DNA of 64,000 bases from Candidatus Dormiibacterota bacterium (GTDB lineage: Bacteria > Chloroflexota > Dormibacteria > Aeolococcales > Aeolococcaceae), in assembly GCA_963823765.1 (NCBI GenBank), contig CAWGML010000001.1:323642-387641 (forward strand), in the 5' to 3' direction. The position numbers and the translations under genes were made by a program. This document shows, in pieces, positions 29,377-38,448 of the stretch (within the stretch, counting starts at the first letter, position 1; each line of letters begins with the position of its first letter). The notes under the pieces are model-generated. The model was not told the DNA's origin, ran no database searches, and saw nothing but the letters and a program-made list of their open reading frames with translations.

Positions 29377-31011
29377 ATGACGAATCGACGGTCATCGCGG
29401 CGTCTCGCGCGGGCGACCATCGTGGCCGGGGTGCTCGGCCTCATCGGCGGCCAGCTCGCCGTCAGCGGCGTGGCACGGGCGTCGTCGGCCGGGGTGGCGC
29501 CGCGCGCCATTGGCGAGCTCGACTGCAACGGCTTCAGCAAGCTCCAGAAGAGCCTCAAGCCGACCCTGGTCTGCGCAGACCCGCGCACCAACCATCAGCA
29601 GCGGTTCGAGGACAACAACCACTACATCGGCCACGACGAGCCGACGGTGCGCTTCGTCTCCACCAAGCCGGGAACCGGGAACGACTTCAACATCACCGAG
29701 ACCATCGGCAAGGACCCAGCTGCCGATCCCACCGTCGCCACGCCGGGCTCGGACGTGACCCACCACTTCGAGCTCTCCATCGCGCCGTGGTTCTCGATGG
29801 CGATCTGCGACTCCAACTCCTTCCCGCAGCTGCCGTGCAAGCCTGAGAGCGACGGCAACGCACCCAACGGAAGGTACCCCGGCGCGGGCGGAGCCTTCCT
29901 CGAGCTGCAGTTCTACCCGCCGGGCTTTGCGCCGTTCGTCGACAACGAGAGCTGCGACAACACCCACTGGTGCTCCGCTCTCAACCTCGACAGCCTGGAG
30001 TGCACCGCCAGCGGGTCGTGCAACAACAACTGCATCGAGCCTGTCAACTTCGCGTTCGTCCAGACTGACGGTGTGCCCACAGGGCCACCCAGCCCGCAAC
30101 TGAGCAACCTGGCCACCTTCACCCCCAACCACAAGACGTTCCTCATGAACCCCGGCGACAAGGTCAACGTCCACATCTTCAACGCCTCCATCAACGGCGG
30201 CCACGCCCTGGAGACGGAGGAGACCGACCTCACGACCGGGCAATCCGGCTTCATGATCGCGTCCGCTGCCAACGGCTTCATGAGCACCAACATCGCGGAT
30301 TGTTCGGGCACCCCCTTCAACTTCCAGCCCGAGTACAACACCGACAGTGCCGCGAACATCCTGCCCTGGGGCGCCGGCCCATACGCGATCAACAGCCAGT
30401 TCGAGATCGGTCATTTCGAGCCGTGCACGAGCGTGACCGGCAGCCGCACGTTCCACTTCGAGAGCTTCACCGACACGTTCGCACTGCACTGCCTCGGGCC
30501 GTACGACACCCCGAGCGACAGCGGCAACCCGACCGAGCCCAATGACTCGCCGTGCTACACCAAGGGCGACACGCATGGCGGAGCCGCGCCCCCCAACCTG
30601 GTGACGGGGTGTGATGTCTTCGACAAGGCGGTCGGTGACCTCGATTACGACGGCACCAACTACCGTGCGGACTGGCCCGACTCGGTGACTCCCGACCGAT
30701 TCCCCGCCACCTTCCTGCAGAGCCAACCCAGCAGCCGGGGCAGGACGTACGAGTCCATCCAGCTGGAGACCGACAACGCCGCCACCCAGCCGGGATGTCA
30801 CCTGGCCACAGGCAAGGGCTGCGTCATGCCTCCGCCTGGCGCCGACTTCTATCCCTACTGGACGCTCGCCAAGGTCGGCGGCCAGTGCATGTGGGAGTTC
30901 GGCCAGATGCGCAACGGCAACACCTTTGGCGGTGTTGCTCAGTACGGGCGGGTCACACCCTCGAGCATGGGTGCCTTCACCGGACCGATCGAGCCCAACC
31001 CCAGCTGTTGA
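29377..31011 (+). CDS. secreted Cys-rich protein of unknown function
   Basis: 544 aa. Arg-rich n-region plus hydrophobic core (MTNRRSSRRLARATIVAGVLGLIGGQLAVSGVARASSA). About 20 Cys, rich in Asn/Phe/Thr. I recognise no domain. GC is locally lower (one hand-counted line about 60 percent). Confidence 0.75.
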   Translation: MTNRRSSRRLARATIVAGVLGLIGGQLAVSGVARASSAGVAPRAIGELDCNGFSKLQKSLKPTLVCADPRTNHQQRFEDNNHYIGHDEPTVRFVSTKPGTGNDFNITETIGKDPAADPTVATPGSDVTHHFELSIAPWFSMAICDSNSFPQLPCKPESDGNAPNGRYPGAGGAFLELQFYPPGFAPFVDNESCDNTHWCSALNLDSLECTASGSCNNNCIEPVNFAFVQTDGVPTGPPSPQLSNLATFTPNHKTFLMNPGDKVNVHIFNASINGGHALETEETDLTTGQSGFMIASAANGFMSTNIADCSGTPFNFQPEYNTDSAANILPWGAGPYAINSQFEIGHFEPCTSVTGSRTFHFESFTDTFALHCLGPYDTPSDSGNPTEPNDSPCYTKGDTHGGAAPPNLVTGCDVFDKAVGDLDYDGTNYRADWPDSVTPDRFPATFLQSQPSSRGRTYESIQLETDNAATQPGCHLATGKGCVMPPPGADFYPYWTLAKVGGQCMWEFGQMRNGNTFGGVAQYGRVTPSSMGAFTGPIEPNPSC

Positions 31012-31018
31012 TGGGTGA

Positions 31019-31057
31019 AGCCGCGGCGTCGCGTCCCTCGATGCGGCGCCGCGGGCT
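31019..31057. terminator. imperfect GC hairpin between convergent genes
   Basis: AGCCGCGGCG (31019-31028) pairs with CGCCGCGGGCT (31047-31057), with one bulged G. It lies between the stops of the secreted-protein gene and the aldolase gene. No clear U-tract. Confidence 0.3.
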
Positions 31058-31896
31058 CAGTCGAAGATGTCCGGGCTGTCCTTGCAGATGCGCTCGAAGA
31101 TCGGCTGAAACTGGAACCATCCGGCGAGCTCGAAGCCGAGCTGACCGCGCGTCTGGAGAGCCTCCTCGTGTCCGATGTGGCGCGGCGTGCCGGCAGCCCC
31201 GGCCGCTGCTGAGTAGGCCATGAGCTGTGACTGCGAGGTGCGTTCCAGGGTGAGGAACCACCACGCCGCGCTGTCCACGCTGGTGCCGACAGTGAGCATG
31301 CCGTGGTTGCGCAGGATCACCGCCTTGTGGCTGCCGAGCGCCTCGCCGATTCGACGGCCCTCCGCAGGGTCGAGGACCACACCGGTGTACGTGTCGTATA
31401 CGCCGACGTCGTCGTAGAAGGCACAGGCGTCCTGGGTGAGGGGCTCCACGGTCATCTCGAGCGATGACAGGGTCTTGCCGAACGGCCCATGCGCGTGGGC
31501 GGCGGCGAGGATGTCCGGCCGCGCGGCGTGCACGGCGCAGTGGATGGCGACGGCCGCCCCGTTGACCGCGCGATTGCCCTCGACGACCTCACCCTCGTGG
31601 GAGACGCGAACGAGGTCGCTCTGCCGGATCATGCTGAAGTGCATTCCGAAGGGGTTCACCCAGTAGCTGTCCGGCTCAGCTGGGTCGCGCACGGTGATGT
31701 GGCCCGCCACCCCCTCGTCCATGCCGGCGCGGCTGAACATCCGGAACGCCGCCGCCAGCCGCACCTTGCGGTCGTAGCGCTCGTCCTCGACCGAGTCGAA
31801 GGTTGGCGGCTGCGCGATGTAGAGCTCTCCGCCCGCAGCCGCGGCCACATGGCTGGACCCGTTCGGGGTGGCCTCCGGGTTGTCCGAGGCGGTCAT
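31057..31896 (-). CDS. class II aldolase / adducin-domain protein
   Basis: DEGVAGHITVRDP...VNPFG...AAVAIHCAVHAARPD...HAHGP...ILRNHGMLTVG pattern. Start taken at the internal ATG 31896 (MTASDNPE); the ORF extends to 31950. Confidence 0.85.
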   Translation of the reverse strand: MTASDNPEATPNGSSHVAAAAGGELYIAQPPTFDSVEDERYDRKVRLAAAFRMFSRAGMDEGVAGHITVRDPAEPDSYWVNPFGMHFSMIRQSDLVRVSHEGEVVEGNRAVNGAAVAIHCAVHAARPDILAAAHAHGPFGKTLSSLEMTVEPLTQDACAFYDDVGVYDTYTGVVLDPAEGRRIGEALGSHKAVILRNHGMLTVGTSVDSAAWWFLTLERTSQSQLMAYSAAAGAAGTPRHIGHEEALQTRGQLGFELAGWFQFQPIFERICKDSPDIFD

Positions 31897-32018
31897 GCAC
31901 ACGACAGTACATGTCGGCCTCGGTGCGGCGCTGCAACTCGGATGGTCCACGGCCAGCGAACCGAAGGAGCTGGGGTGGTGGCAGGATCGGCCCGCCGCGT
32001 CCTGGTATCGCCCGGTGA

Positions 32019-33036
32019 TCAGCGACGGTGCTGGCGACCCTTGGCTCGGTACATCGCCTGGTCGGCTGCGCTGACCAGGCTCGCGACGTCAACTCCATCG
32101 GTCGGATGAACAGCCACGCCGACGCTCGCGCCGATGGTCACCGTCTTGCCGTCCACCTCGATCACCCGCTGGAGAGCATCGAGCAACACCGCAGCCATTG
32201 CCTGCGCTGCCTGTGCGCCGACTCCCGGCAGCAGCACGAGGAACTCGTCGCCCCCCATGCGGGCCACGGTGTCCGAACTCACGAACTGACTGAAGCAGGC
32301 GACTGGCGGTGGCCTGGAGGACCACGTCGCCAGAGCGATGACCGAACCTGTCGTTGACGTCCTTGAATCCGTCGAGATCGATCGCCAGCAGTGCAAATTC
32401 CGTCCGACCTCGCCTGGCGGCCAAGGCGGCCTGGTTGATGCGGTCGTACAAAAGCACTCGGTTCGGCAGCCCTGTGAGCGCGTCGTGCAGGACCTGGTGG
32501 AGCAGCGCCTCACGCTCGCGCTCGAGCTCCAGCCCGAGGCTGGTCATCCTCTTGTCAAATGCGCGCGCCACCTGGACCAAGCCGGCATCCGAGCTCGCCC
32601 GCACCGCACGCACAGCAGCGGAGACGACCTCGCGTGGCGTGTCCAACTGCCCGGCCTCCTCCTTGATGAGCTCCAGCACGGTGTCTCGCCAGATCAGATG
32701 CGCGCGCATGATGTTGACGATGCAGAGTTGTTCCGACGCGGCCAGGTCGCCGCGGTCGCTGATATACGCCATCTCCTCGTCGGAGACGACGAGGCCGTGA
32801 GCGACCCAGCGCGCGATCAGGAGCGTCGCGAACCAATTGATGCCTCGGGCACGGTGCAGGTACTCGGCACTCGGGGCGCGGCCCTCCCACTTGTAGGCGC
32901 GCAGCCGCGCATTGCTCAGCTCACAACACTCGTCGGCGCGGCGAGCGAGGGCCATGCCCAAGGCGCGGGCAGGCGTCCCACGTGCCACGATGCTCACGCG
33001 AGCCGGCACATGATCGGCGCGTGGCAGTGGCTGCAT
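32019..33036 (-). pseudogene. diguanylate cyclase (GGDEF) with N-terminal sensor region, frame broken once
   Basis: ORF 32089..33036 reaches HDALTGLPNRVLLYDRI...LLAIDLDGFKDVNDRFGHRSGDVVLQATASRLLQSVRE and then turns to junk. SDTVARMGGDEFLVLLPG...ADQAMYRAKGRQ is in the frame of ORF 32019..32513. The junction is near 32275-32285. Confidence 0.8.
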
Positions 33037-33236
33037 ACTCGACCATCGTACGGTGGCTGCGGATCGGCCACCTCACCGGGGTACGGAGCGTCACCCCCTG
33101 TGACAAGTCCTTCTTGAGAGCATCGCAGCCGTCGCCGGGCCGTCACACGCCGGCGCCCCCACGGTGATCTTGAAGGCCGCCCAAGGGCCGCCGCGGAAGG
33201 CCATGGACCGGGCTGGCCCCAAGCCCCGGACGGACC

Positions 33237-34319
33237 TCAGTCCGCGGGGTCGGCAAGCACCGCCATAACAGTGTCCCCATCGGGAAGCGGCAGGGCTGAT
33301 TTCGTTCCGTCTTGGTTCTCCACCACCCAACCGGCCGACGTCTGCGCAAGGAACCGACCATCGGGGAGGAAGTACACGCCGAAGGCGTCGTCGGCAACCT
33401 TCTCCAAGCTCCCACCCGTGGCGCTGCCCATGAAGGTCGCTCCGAGGGACGGTTCGAAGGAAATAGCTGACGCCGCGACCATGCGTCCGTCGGCTGAGAA
33501 ATGTGCAGCGCCAGTCTCATCCCATGAACCGGTGACCACCAATTCGGACGTCCCGCCCCCTGGGTGGATGACGGTCAGGATCTGGCCTTGGATGCACAGG
33601 AGCGAACCGTCCGTTGCAACGTCCTGTAAGTGACACGAGGGAGCCAGCTCCGCGAGGGCGCCAGTCGATGGATCGAGGGACCACGCACCGGTTCCTATGC
33701 TGATAACGCTTCGGCCTCCGCCGACAACGACGTACTCGGTCAAGTACACCCTTCCGTTCACCCAGGCGATCGGGGTCAGACGCGTGCCGGGGCTTCGGGT
33801 AGACGTGGCAATAGGTGTCATCTGCGACGTCTGTGTCCCCATGTAGATCGTTGTCGTGCTGCCACGCTGCGTGTCCGCTTGATCCGGGCTAGAGGACCAA
33901 ACCCAGTGGGATCCGTCTGCAGAGAAGACCGGCGGGCTTGAGAACCCCGCGTCCGAAAAGGCGTCTGTCGCGAGCTTGGCGCCACCGGCTCCGTAAAACG
34001 CCAGTGATTTCCCCTCGGCGACCCAAAGGTGGTGGCGTCCTACGCCGGAGGTAGCGGATCCATCCGTGGGCACGGGCACCGTGCCGACTACTTCTCCGGA
34101 CAGGTTCACCACGTGGATCGGCGCTTGTGGCGTCAGTGCGCGGGTCACCGCATCGGGTGGTGGGCCGGGGGACGAAGGTGTGGCTTCGGAAGTGGCTGAA
34201 CTGGTGCTTGCGCCGCTGGGCGACATCCCGCCAGTTGTGGTCGGCGAGGCCCCCGGACTTGACCGACCGCATCCCGTCAGCGCGCCCACCGTGACCAGCA
34301 GCACCAGAGCCCTACGCAT
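33237..34319 (-). CDS. lipoprotein with PD40/beta-propeller-like repeats
   Basis: MRRALVLLVTVGALTGCGRS (lipobox), a Ser/Thr/Pro linker, and strands such as VFSADGSHWVW and HFSADGRMVAAS. GC is lower than the window average. Confidence 0.7.
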   Translation of the reverse strand: MRRALVLLVTVGALTGCGRSSPGASPTTTGGMSPSGASTSSATSEATPSSPGPPPDAVTRALTPQAPIHVVNLSGEVVGTVPVPTDGSATSGVGRHHLWVAEGKSLAFYGAGGAKLATDAFSDAGFSSPPVFSADGSHWVWSSSPDQADTQRGSTTTIYMGTQTSQMTPIATSTRSPGTRLTPIAWVNGRVYLTEYVVVGGGRSVISIGTGAWSLDPSTGALAELAPSCHLQDVATDGSLLCIQGQILTVIHPGGGTSELVVTGSWDETGAAHFSADGRMVAASAISFEPSLGATFMGSATGGSLEKVADDAFGVYFLPDGRFLAQTSAGWVVENQDGTKSALPLPDGDTVMAVLADPAD

Positions 34320-34432
34320 GAGTCAGTCCTAATAGCGGTCCTGAGCGTGAAACGCAGCAAAGCCGTCGCCGGTTACTCCGTGCGACTGGCCATTTGGCGC
34401 GCGCCGTGCGGCGATCGCACGAAACCTCGTGC

Positions 34433-35779
34433 TTAGGTGATGGTCAAGTGAATGGATCTGTTGACCGTCTTGTGGAACGTGCCCACCATTTCGGTCGCCT
34501 TGACCCTTACCGAAATGAGACCCGCGCTCAAGCTACTGCTCGGCGTTCCTGACAACACTCCATCCGTGGACAAGGTCATTCCCTGCGGCAGACTGATCGC
34601 TGCCCACGTCACTGTCGCCGCGTGTCGGGCATCTTGGGTGGTCAGGGTGACGGGGTTGTAGTCCACCCCCGGCGTGGCAGGGGGAAGGGAGGTCGTCGTG
34701 ATGAGGAATCCTCCTTCGACCGCGCCGATTGTGCACTTGCGGAAGCTTGCAACCCCTCGCTGGTCAATGCGCGGGCACACCGTCACCGAGCCGAGGACGG
34801 TTGGCTTCGGGATCCTCCCGTTCGCGGGGCTCTTCGCTGATGGAAGGATGGTCTGAGTCGGCCCGCCGTTGTCCTGGAGCGGCGAGAGAGAGGCATCGAG
34901 GGTGGACGAGGCATTGGTGCTGCCCGTCGCTGTGAACCCGCAGGTGGAATCATCCGCGATGTTGTAGCCCTCGTCGGTGAGAATCCCTGCGTTGTAGTTG
35001 TCGCAGTCGCCCCCGGTGCTGCCGCCCAGGATCGTTGCTCCGATATTCAGCTGGTCTGAGGTGAAGATACCGCCGCCTACCTGGGCCGAACCATTGCCGA
35101 ACAAGGTGCTGCCGGTGATGTTGAGGGTGCCGTTGTTGTAGATGCCGCCGCCCGGGCCGTGGGCGCTGTTGTTGGACAGGGTGCTTTCAGCGAGGGTCAC
35201 GGTCCCACCTGAGTTGAAGATTCCGCCGCCTCCGGACGTGTACCCGTTGTTACCGACCAGCGTGCTGCCGATGACAGTCACTGTGCCGCCGGCGTTGTAG
35301 ATGCCGCCACCGCCATCGACCATCGAGCCATTGTTCGACAAGGTGCTGTCGGTGATCGTCACGGTTCCGTGGTTGCTCTTGATGCCGCTCTCCTTCCCGT
35401 TCTCGACGGTCAGCCCGGAGATGACAGCCGCGGCCGTGACTTCGATGACGGTGCCTCCGAAGCTCACCGCCATGGTGCTCGCCCCCGGACCTGCGATGGT
35501 GAGGGACTGGTTTATCACGAGGGTAGTCGTGAGAGCGATGGGCGAGGAGGCCGGACACGACAAACCAGCGGCGAAGTTGATCGTGTCTCCCGCCGCCGCT
35601 TGGGCCACGGCGTAGGGAAGGGAACCAGTGTCAGCGGACGAGCCGCTGCAGTCGGTCACTGTCGAAGCTGCCGCCGCAGCGTGCAGCGTGCCCACGAACA
35701 GCGAGCCGGTGAGCGCAGCACCGACCAATAATGAAGCGGTTTGCAGTGCCCGAAGGTGCTTCGTCCATTGTGCAGTCAT
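34433..35779 (-). CDS. secreted right-handed parallel beta-helix repeat protein with C-terminal Ig-like domain
   Basis: Signal-like MTAQWTKHLRALQTASLLVGAALTGSLFVGTLHAAAAAS. Repeated GGGIYN(A/N)GT(V/L)T(V/I)xGST(L)xxN units. C-terminal LPPATPGVDYNPVTL...LPQGMTLSTDGVLSGTPS (putative Ig-domain pattern). Hand-counted lines give 53-58 percent GC. Confidence 0.75.
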   Translation of the reverse strand: MTAQWTKHLRALQTASLLVGAALTGSLFVGTLHAAAAASTVTDCSGSSADTGSLPYAVAQAAAGDTINFAAGLSCPASSPIALTTTLVINQSLTIAGPGASTMAVSFGGTVIEVTAAAVISGLTVENGKESGIKSNHGTVTITDSTLSNNGSMVDGGGGIYNAGGTVTVIGSTLVGNNGYTSGGGGIFNSGGTVTLAESTLSNNSAHGPGGGIYNNGTLNITGSTLFGNGSAQVGGGIFTSDQLNIGATILGGSTGGDCDNYNAGILTDEGYNIADDSTCGFTATGSTNASSTLDASLSPLQDNGGPTQTILPSAKSPANGRIPKPTVLGSVTVCPRIDQRGVASFRKCTIGAVEGGFLITTTSLPPATPGVDYNPVTLTTQDARHAATVTWAAISLPQGMTLSTDGVLSGTPSSSLSAGLISVRVKATEMVGTFHKTVNRSIHLTIT

Positions 35780-36070
35780 AAGACCAGCGCCCCCGTCCTC
35801 AGGTTCCTGCCGGAAACAGCTCAACCCTTGGTGGGCGAGTACCGCAAGCGTGTACGGTCCGCTGCGAGGCTACGCGGCTTGGTGTGCCGGCCGCTAGTGC
35901 GTCGACGTTAATCGTTGTTCACCATTGTAAAGAAGGCTTGTTGCGCATGAAAGCGCGGCACTGCCGCGGCGCCCGGATCCCCAAATGCAGGCGACCTCTG
36001 CCGCGCTCGCGCTCAAGGACGCCGAGCCGCCGTAGGTCGTCGCGGTGATGCGGTGACGGGTCTGGCGGCT

Positions 36071-36160
36071 TGGCGGAGGGAGAGGGATTCGAACCCCCGG
36101 GGGCTTGGCGGCCCCTGCGGTTTTCAAGACCGCTCCGATCAACCGCTCCGGCATCCCTCC
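36071..36160 (-). tRNA. tRNA-Ser (anticodon UGA)
   Basis: Reverse complement GGAGGGATGCCGGAGCGGTTGATCGGAGCGGTCTTGAAAACCGCAGGGGCCGCCAAGCCCCCGGGGGTTCGAATCCCTCTCCCTCCGCCA. It has a 7-bp acceptor, anticodon loop CTTGAAA, a long variable arm, GTTCGAATC T-loop and an encoded CCA. Confidence 0.95.
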
Positions 36161-36221
36161 GCGCAGGTTCAGGATATCGCGACATCGAGGCCGCCTCGAC
36201 CCGTCGGGGCGGGGGTGTGAC

Positions 36222-36239
36222 GGTAACCATCCTGTTACC
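36222..36239. promoter_or_regulatory. inverted repeat GGTAACC-ATCCT-GTTACC, candidate operator upstream of the 36289 gene
   Basis: GGTAAC (36222-36227) and GTTACC (36234-36239). The flanks, read on the reverse strand (GATGGTAACAGGATGGTTACCG), resemble the site at 37423-37459. Confidence 0.4.
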
Positions 36240-36288
36240 ATCGCGGCCAGAGGGACAGGTTCGTCCCCGTAGCGTCGAGAGGACATCC

Positions 36289-36603
36289 ATGCAGAAGAGG
36301 TTGGTCACCAGGTACGCGACGAACTCAGCCGAGTCCGCGGACGAGAACCAGAGGCGGGTCGAGGGCGTCTTCGACGCGCTACGCGCGGAGGCGCCGGGCA
36401 ACGTCAGCTACATCGTGCTGCGCCTCGCGGACGGCTCCTTTGTGCATGTCTCATTCCACAACCACGGTGAGAGTGAGGTGAACCCGATCGCCTCCACCGC
36501 GGCCTTCGCACACTTCCAGGACGGCCACGCGGAGCGGCGCGAGGGCGGCGTCGATCAGCAGACAGCTGAGCTGGTCGGCGCCTACATCACCGTCATCGAC
36601 TGA
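36289..36603 (+). CDS. small protein, unknown function (possibly ABM/dimeric alpha-beta-barrel-like)
   Basis: ATG 36289. MQKRLVTRYATNSAESADENQRRVEGVFDALRAEAPGNVSYIVLRLADGSFVHVSFHNHG... has protein-like composition. The upstream part of ORF 36070..36603 overlaps the tRNA and is rejected. Confidence 0.5.
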   Translation: MQKRLVTRYATNSAESADENQRRVEGVFDALRAEAPGNVSYIVLRLADGSFVHVSFHNHGESEVNPIASTAAFAHFQDGHAERREGGVDQQTAELVGAYITVID

Positions 36604-37075
36604 CGTTCCCCATCTGGCGATGCGCAGGCGGGGGACGCCGGCGCACGCATCACGGTAGGCGGGGATGACCGCGTCCCACCCGCCCCGGTTGGTGTCACGC
36701 CATGCCTGACCGCGCGCGCCCAAGCGCTCCCACCCGCGGTGCTCCACCTCGACCCGCGTGGTCGAACTCGGTCACCTCGATGAAGGCGATCTCCACGTCG
36801 GTGGCGTCGCTGCTGTCGGCGCCGATGTGCCAGCTGTACGCGAGCCGCTCCGGCGGTTCCCACGCGGTGACGGCGCCCCAGTCGTTCTCTCGCCCCGAAG
36901 GTGCGCGCTCGAAGATGCGTCCACCGATATGTGGCTCGAGCACCACCTCGGTGCCCGGCTCCCCGAACACCGTGTGATCCGACGGCCACCAGGTGGAGAT
37001 GAGCCTCGTCCAAACGTCGAAGGCGTGGCGCACGTCGCACTCAACGTCGAACGTCAGTCGCAGCGGTTCGATCAC
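36451..37075 (-). pseudogene. SRPBCC / AHSA1 (Aha1-like) domain protein, frame broken at least once; 3' end uncertain
   Basis: GTG 37075 (GTGA overlap with the arsR stop): VIEPLRLTFDVECDVRHAFDVWTRLISTWWPSDHTVFGEPG...AYSWHIGADSSDATDVEIAFIEVTEF. The conserved end TTRVEVEHRGWERLGARGQAWRDTNRGGWDAVIPAYRDA lies in the frame of ORF 36451..36747. The junction is near 36755-36768. The true stop is probably near 36580-36650, after a further C5 run. Confidence 0.7.
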
Positions 37076-37416
37076 GAGCCGGCGTCCTTGTCTCTGTGCG
37101 GCGCCGTGTTCTCGGCCAGGATCCGAAAACGGGTGACGGCGGTTCCCCAGACATCCTCGAGGTAGCTGCGGACCGCGCTGAGCCCGGACTCGTGCACTCG
37201 GTACAGGTGGCGCGTGCCGATACGCTCCTCTCTGACCAGGCCGGCATCGCTCAGCAACCGCAGGTGCCTCGACACCGCGGGACGGCTGATCGGAAGGTGG
37301 TCGGCGAGGTCCTTCACCGAGAGGGGGTTCGCGGCGAGCAACTCGACGATGGCACGCCGCTGCGCGTTGCCAAGCGCCTCGAACGGGTCGCCCGGGTGCG
37401 CCGTGCTGGTCCTCAC
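37072..37416 (-). CDS. ArsR/SmtB family transcriptional regulator
   Basis: FEALGNAQRRAIVELLAANPLSVKDLADHLPISRPAVSRHLRLLSDAGLV winged-HTH pattern. Confidence 0.85.
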   Translation of the reverse strand: MRTSTAHPGDPFEALGNAQRRAIVELLAANPLSVKDLADHLPISRPAVSRHLRLLSDAGLVREERIGTRHLYRVHESGLSAVRSYLEDVWGTAVTRFRILAENTAPHRDKDAGS

Positions 37417-37441
37417 GGCTTGATGGTAACAACAGGATTAC

Positions 37442-37459
37442 GGTAACCTACAGGTTACC
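37442..37459. promoter_or_regulatory. perfect 8-2-8 palindrome GGTAACCT-AC-AGGTTACC in the arsR / SRPBCC divergent region
   Basis: Read directly. It lies 26 nt upstream of the arsR start and 44 nt upstream of the 37503 gene. It is preceded by a related half-palindrome, GATGGTAACAACAGGATTACG (37423-37443). Confidence 0.5.
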
Positions 37460-37502
37460 AAAGGTTCTGGTTGCACCCGGCTCGGGGTGACGTGGAGAGG
37501 GC

Positions 37503-37937
37503 ATGGAGTACTACGAGGCGACATCGGACATCAAGGCATCCCCCGCCGAGATCTGGGCGATCCTCACCGACGCGCAGCGACTGACACGGTGGGATTCCGG
37601 CGTGGAGCGGGTGGAGGGCGAGATCGCGCCCGGCGAGCGGGTCACGGTGTACGTCCGGGCCAACCCGGGGCGGGCGTTCCCCGTGAGGGTCACCGAGTTC
37701 GAACCGGAGCACCGGATGGTCTGGTCGGGTGGCATGCCGCTCAGGTTGTTCAAGGGCGTTCGAACCTACTCCCTCGAGCCCACCGCTGCAGGCGTCACCC
37801 GCTTCACGATGAGAGAGGAATACACCGGCCCTCTGCTGAGGATGATCTGGAGATCGATACCGGACCTGGGTCCAGCGTTCCAGCAGTTCGCCACCGGGCT
37901 CAAGGCGGAGGCCGAATCGCGCAGCGCCGCCTCGTGA
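37503..37937 (+). CDS. SRPBCC family protein (polyketide cyclase/dehydrase-like)
   Basis: MEYYEATSDIKASPAEIWAILTDAQRLTRWDSGVERVEGEI...VWSGGMPLRLFKGVRTYSLEP, a typical START/SRPBCC layout. Confidence 0.8.
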   Translation: MEYYEATSDIKASPAEIWAILTDAQRLTRWDSGVERVEGEIAPGERVTVYVRANPGRAFPVRVTEFEPEHRMVWSGGMPLRLFKGVRTYSLEPTAAGVTRFTMREEYTGPLLRMIWRSIPDLGPAFQQFATGLKAEAESRSAAS

Positions 37938-37941
37938 GCCG

Positions 37942-38364
37942 CTACGCCGCCGTCCCGTCGGCGACGAGGCGGTCGGCGAGATCGCCAAGGGTGCTGATGT
38001 CCGTCTTCAGGAGAACGATCGCGTGGCACTCGGTGGTTGCCTGCACCACCCGCTCATCGCTGAGCGGGAGTGCGGTGAGGATGACCACGGGGATGCGCTG
38101 GAGCTCTGAGGAGGACCTCACCGCGGAGCAGACGTCGCGGCCATCCTTGTGCGGCATGTTGAGATCGGTCACCACCAGTGCCGGCGTCTCCAACGGCAGC
38201 AGGGCGATGGCCTCGACGCCATTCTCCGCCGTGACGACCTGGTGGCCGTGCCTCGACAGCAGGAGCCGTCCGAGCTCGCGGATATCCGGATCGTCGTCAG
38301 CCAGCAGCACCTTGGCCAAGCCACACCCCTTCACCGCCGACCCCGATAGCGAATCCTCAGGCAC
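37942..38364 (-). CDS. stand-alone response regulator receiver (CheY-like)
   Basis: KVLLADDDPDIRELGRLLL...ALVVTDLNMPHKDG...IPVVILTA receiver motifs. No output domain. Confidence 0.75.
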   Translation of the reverse strand: MPEDSLSGSAVKGCGLAKVLLADDDPDIRELGRLLLSRHGHQVVTAENGVEAIALLPLETPALVVTDLNMPHKDGRDVCSAVRSSSELQRIPVVILTALPLSDERVVQATTECHAIVLLKTDISTLGDLADRLVADGTAA

Positions 38365-38448
38365 CTTGTAGCAGGTCCGAGCGGCGAGATACCTGATCGT
38401 TCGGCAACAGCTGGATGGTCGCCGGTCTTGGGGGTCGTGGAGGCCGGG

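Noticed and set aside
33037-36160. Canonical tRNA-targeted genomic island
   Set aside because: No integrase, recombinase or mobility gene is present. I could not find a direct repeat of the tRNA-Ser 3' end near 33.0-33.3 kb. Only the compositional anomaly is reported.
35894-36401. Minus-strand ORFs 35894..36286 and 35919..36401, and the 5' part of plus ORF 36070..36603
   Set aside because: They overlap the tRNA-Ser(UGA) gene and its flanks, and their translations are compositionally junk. Only the 36289..36603 portion is kept.
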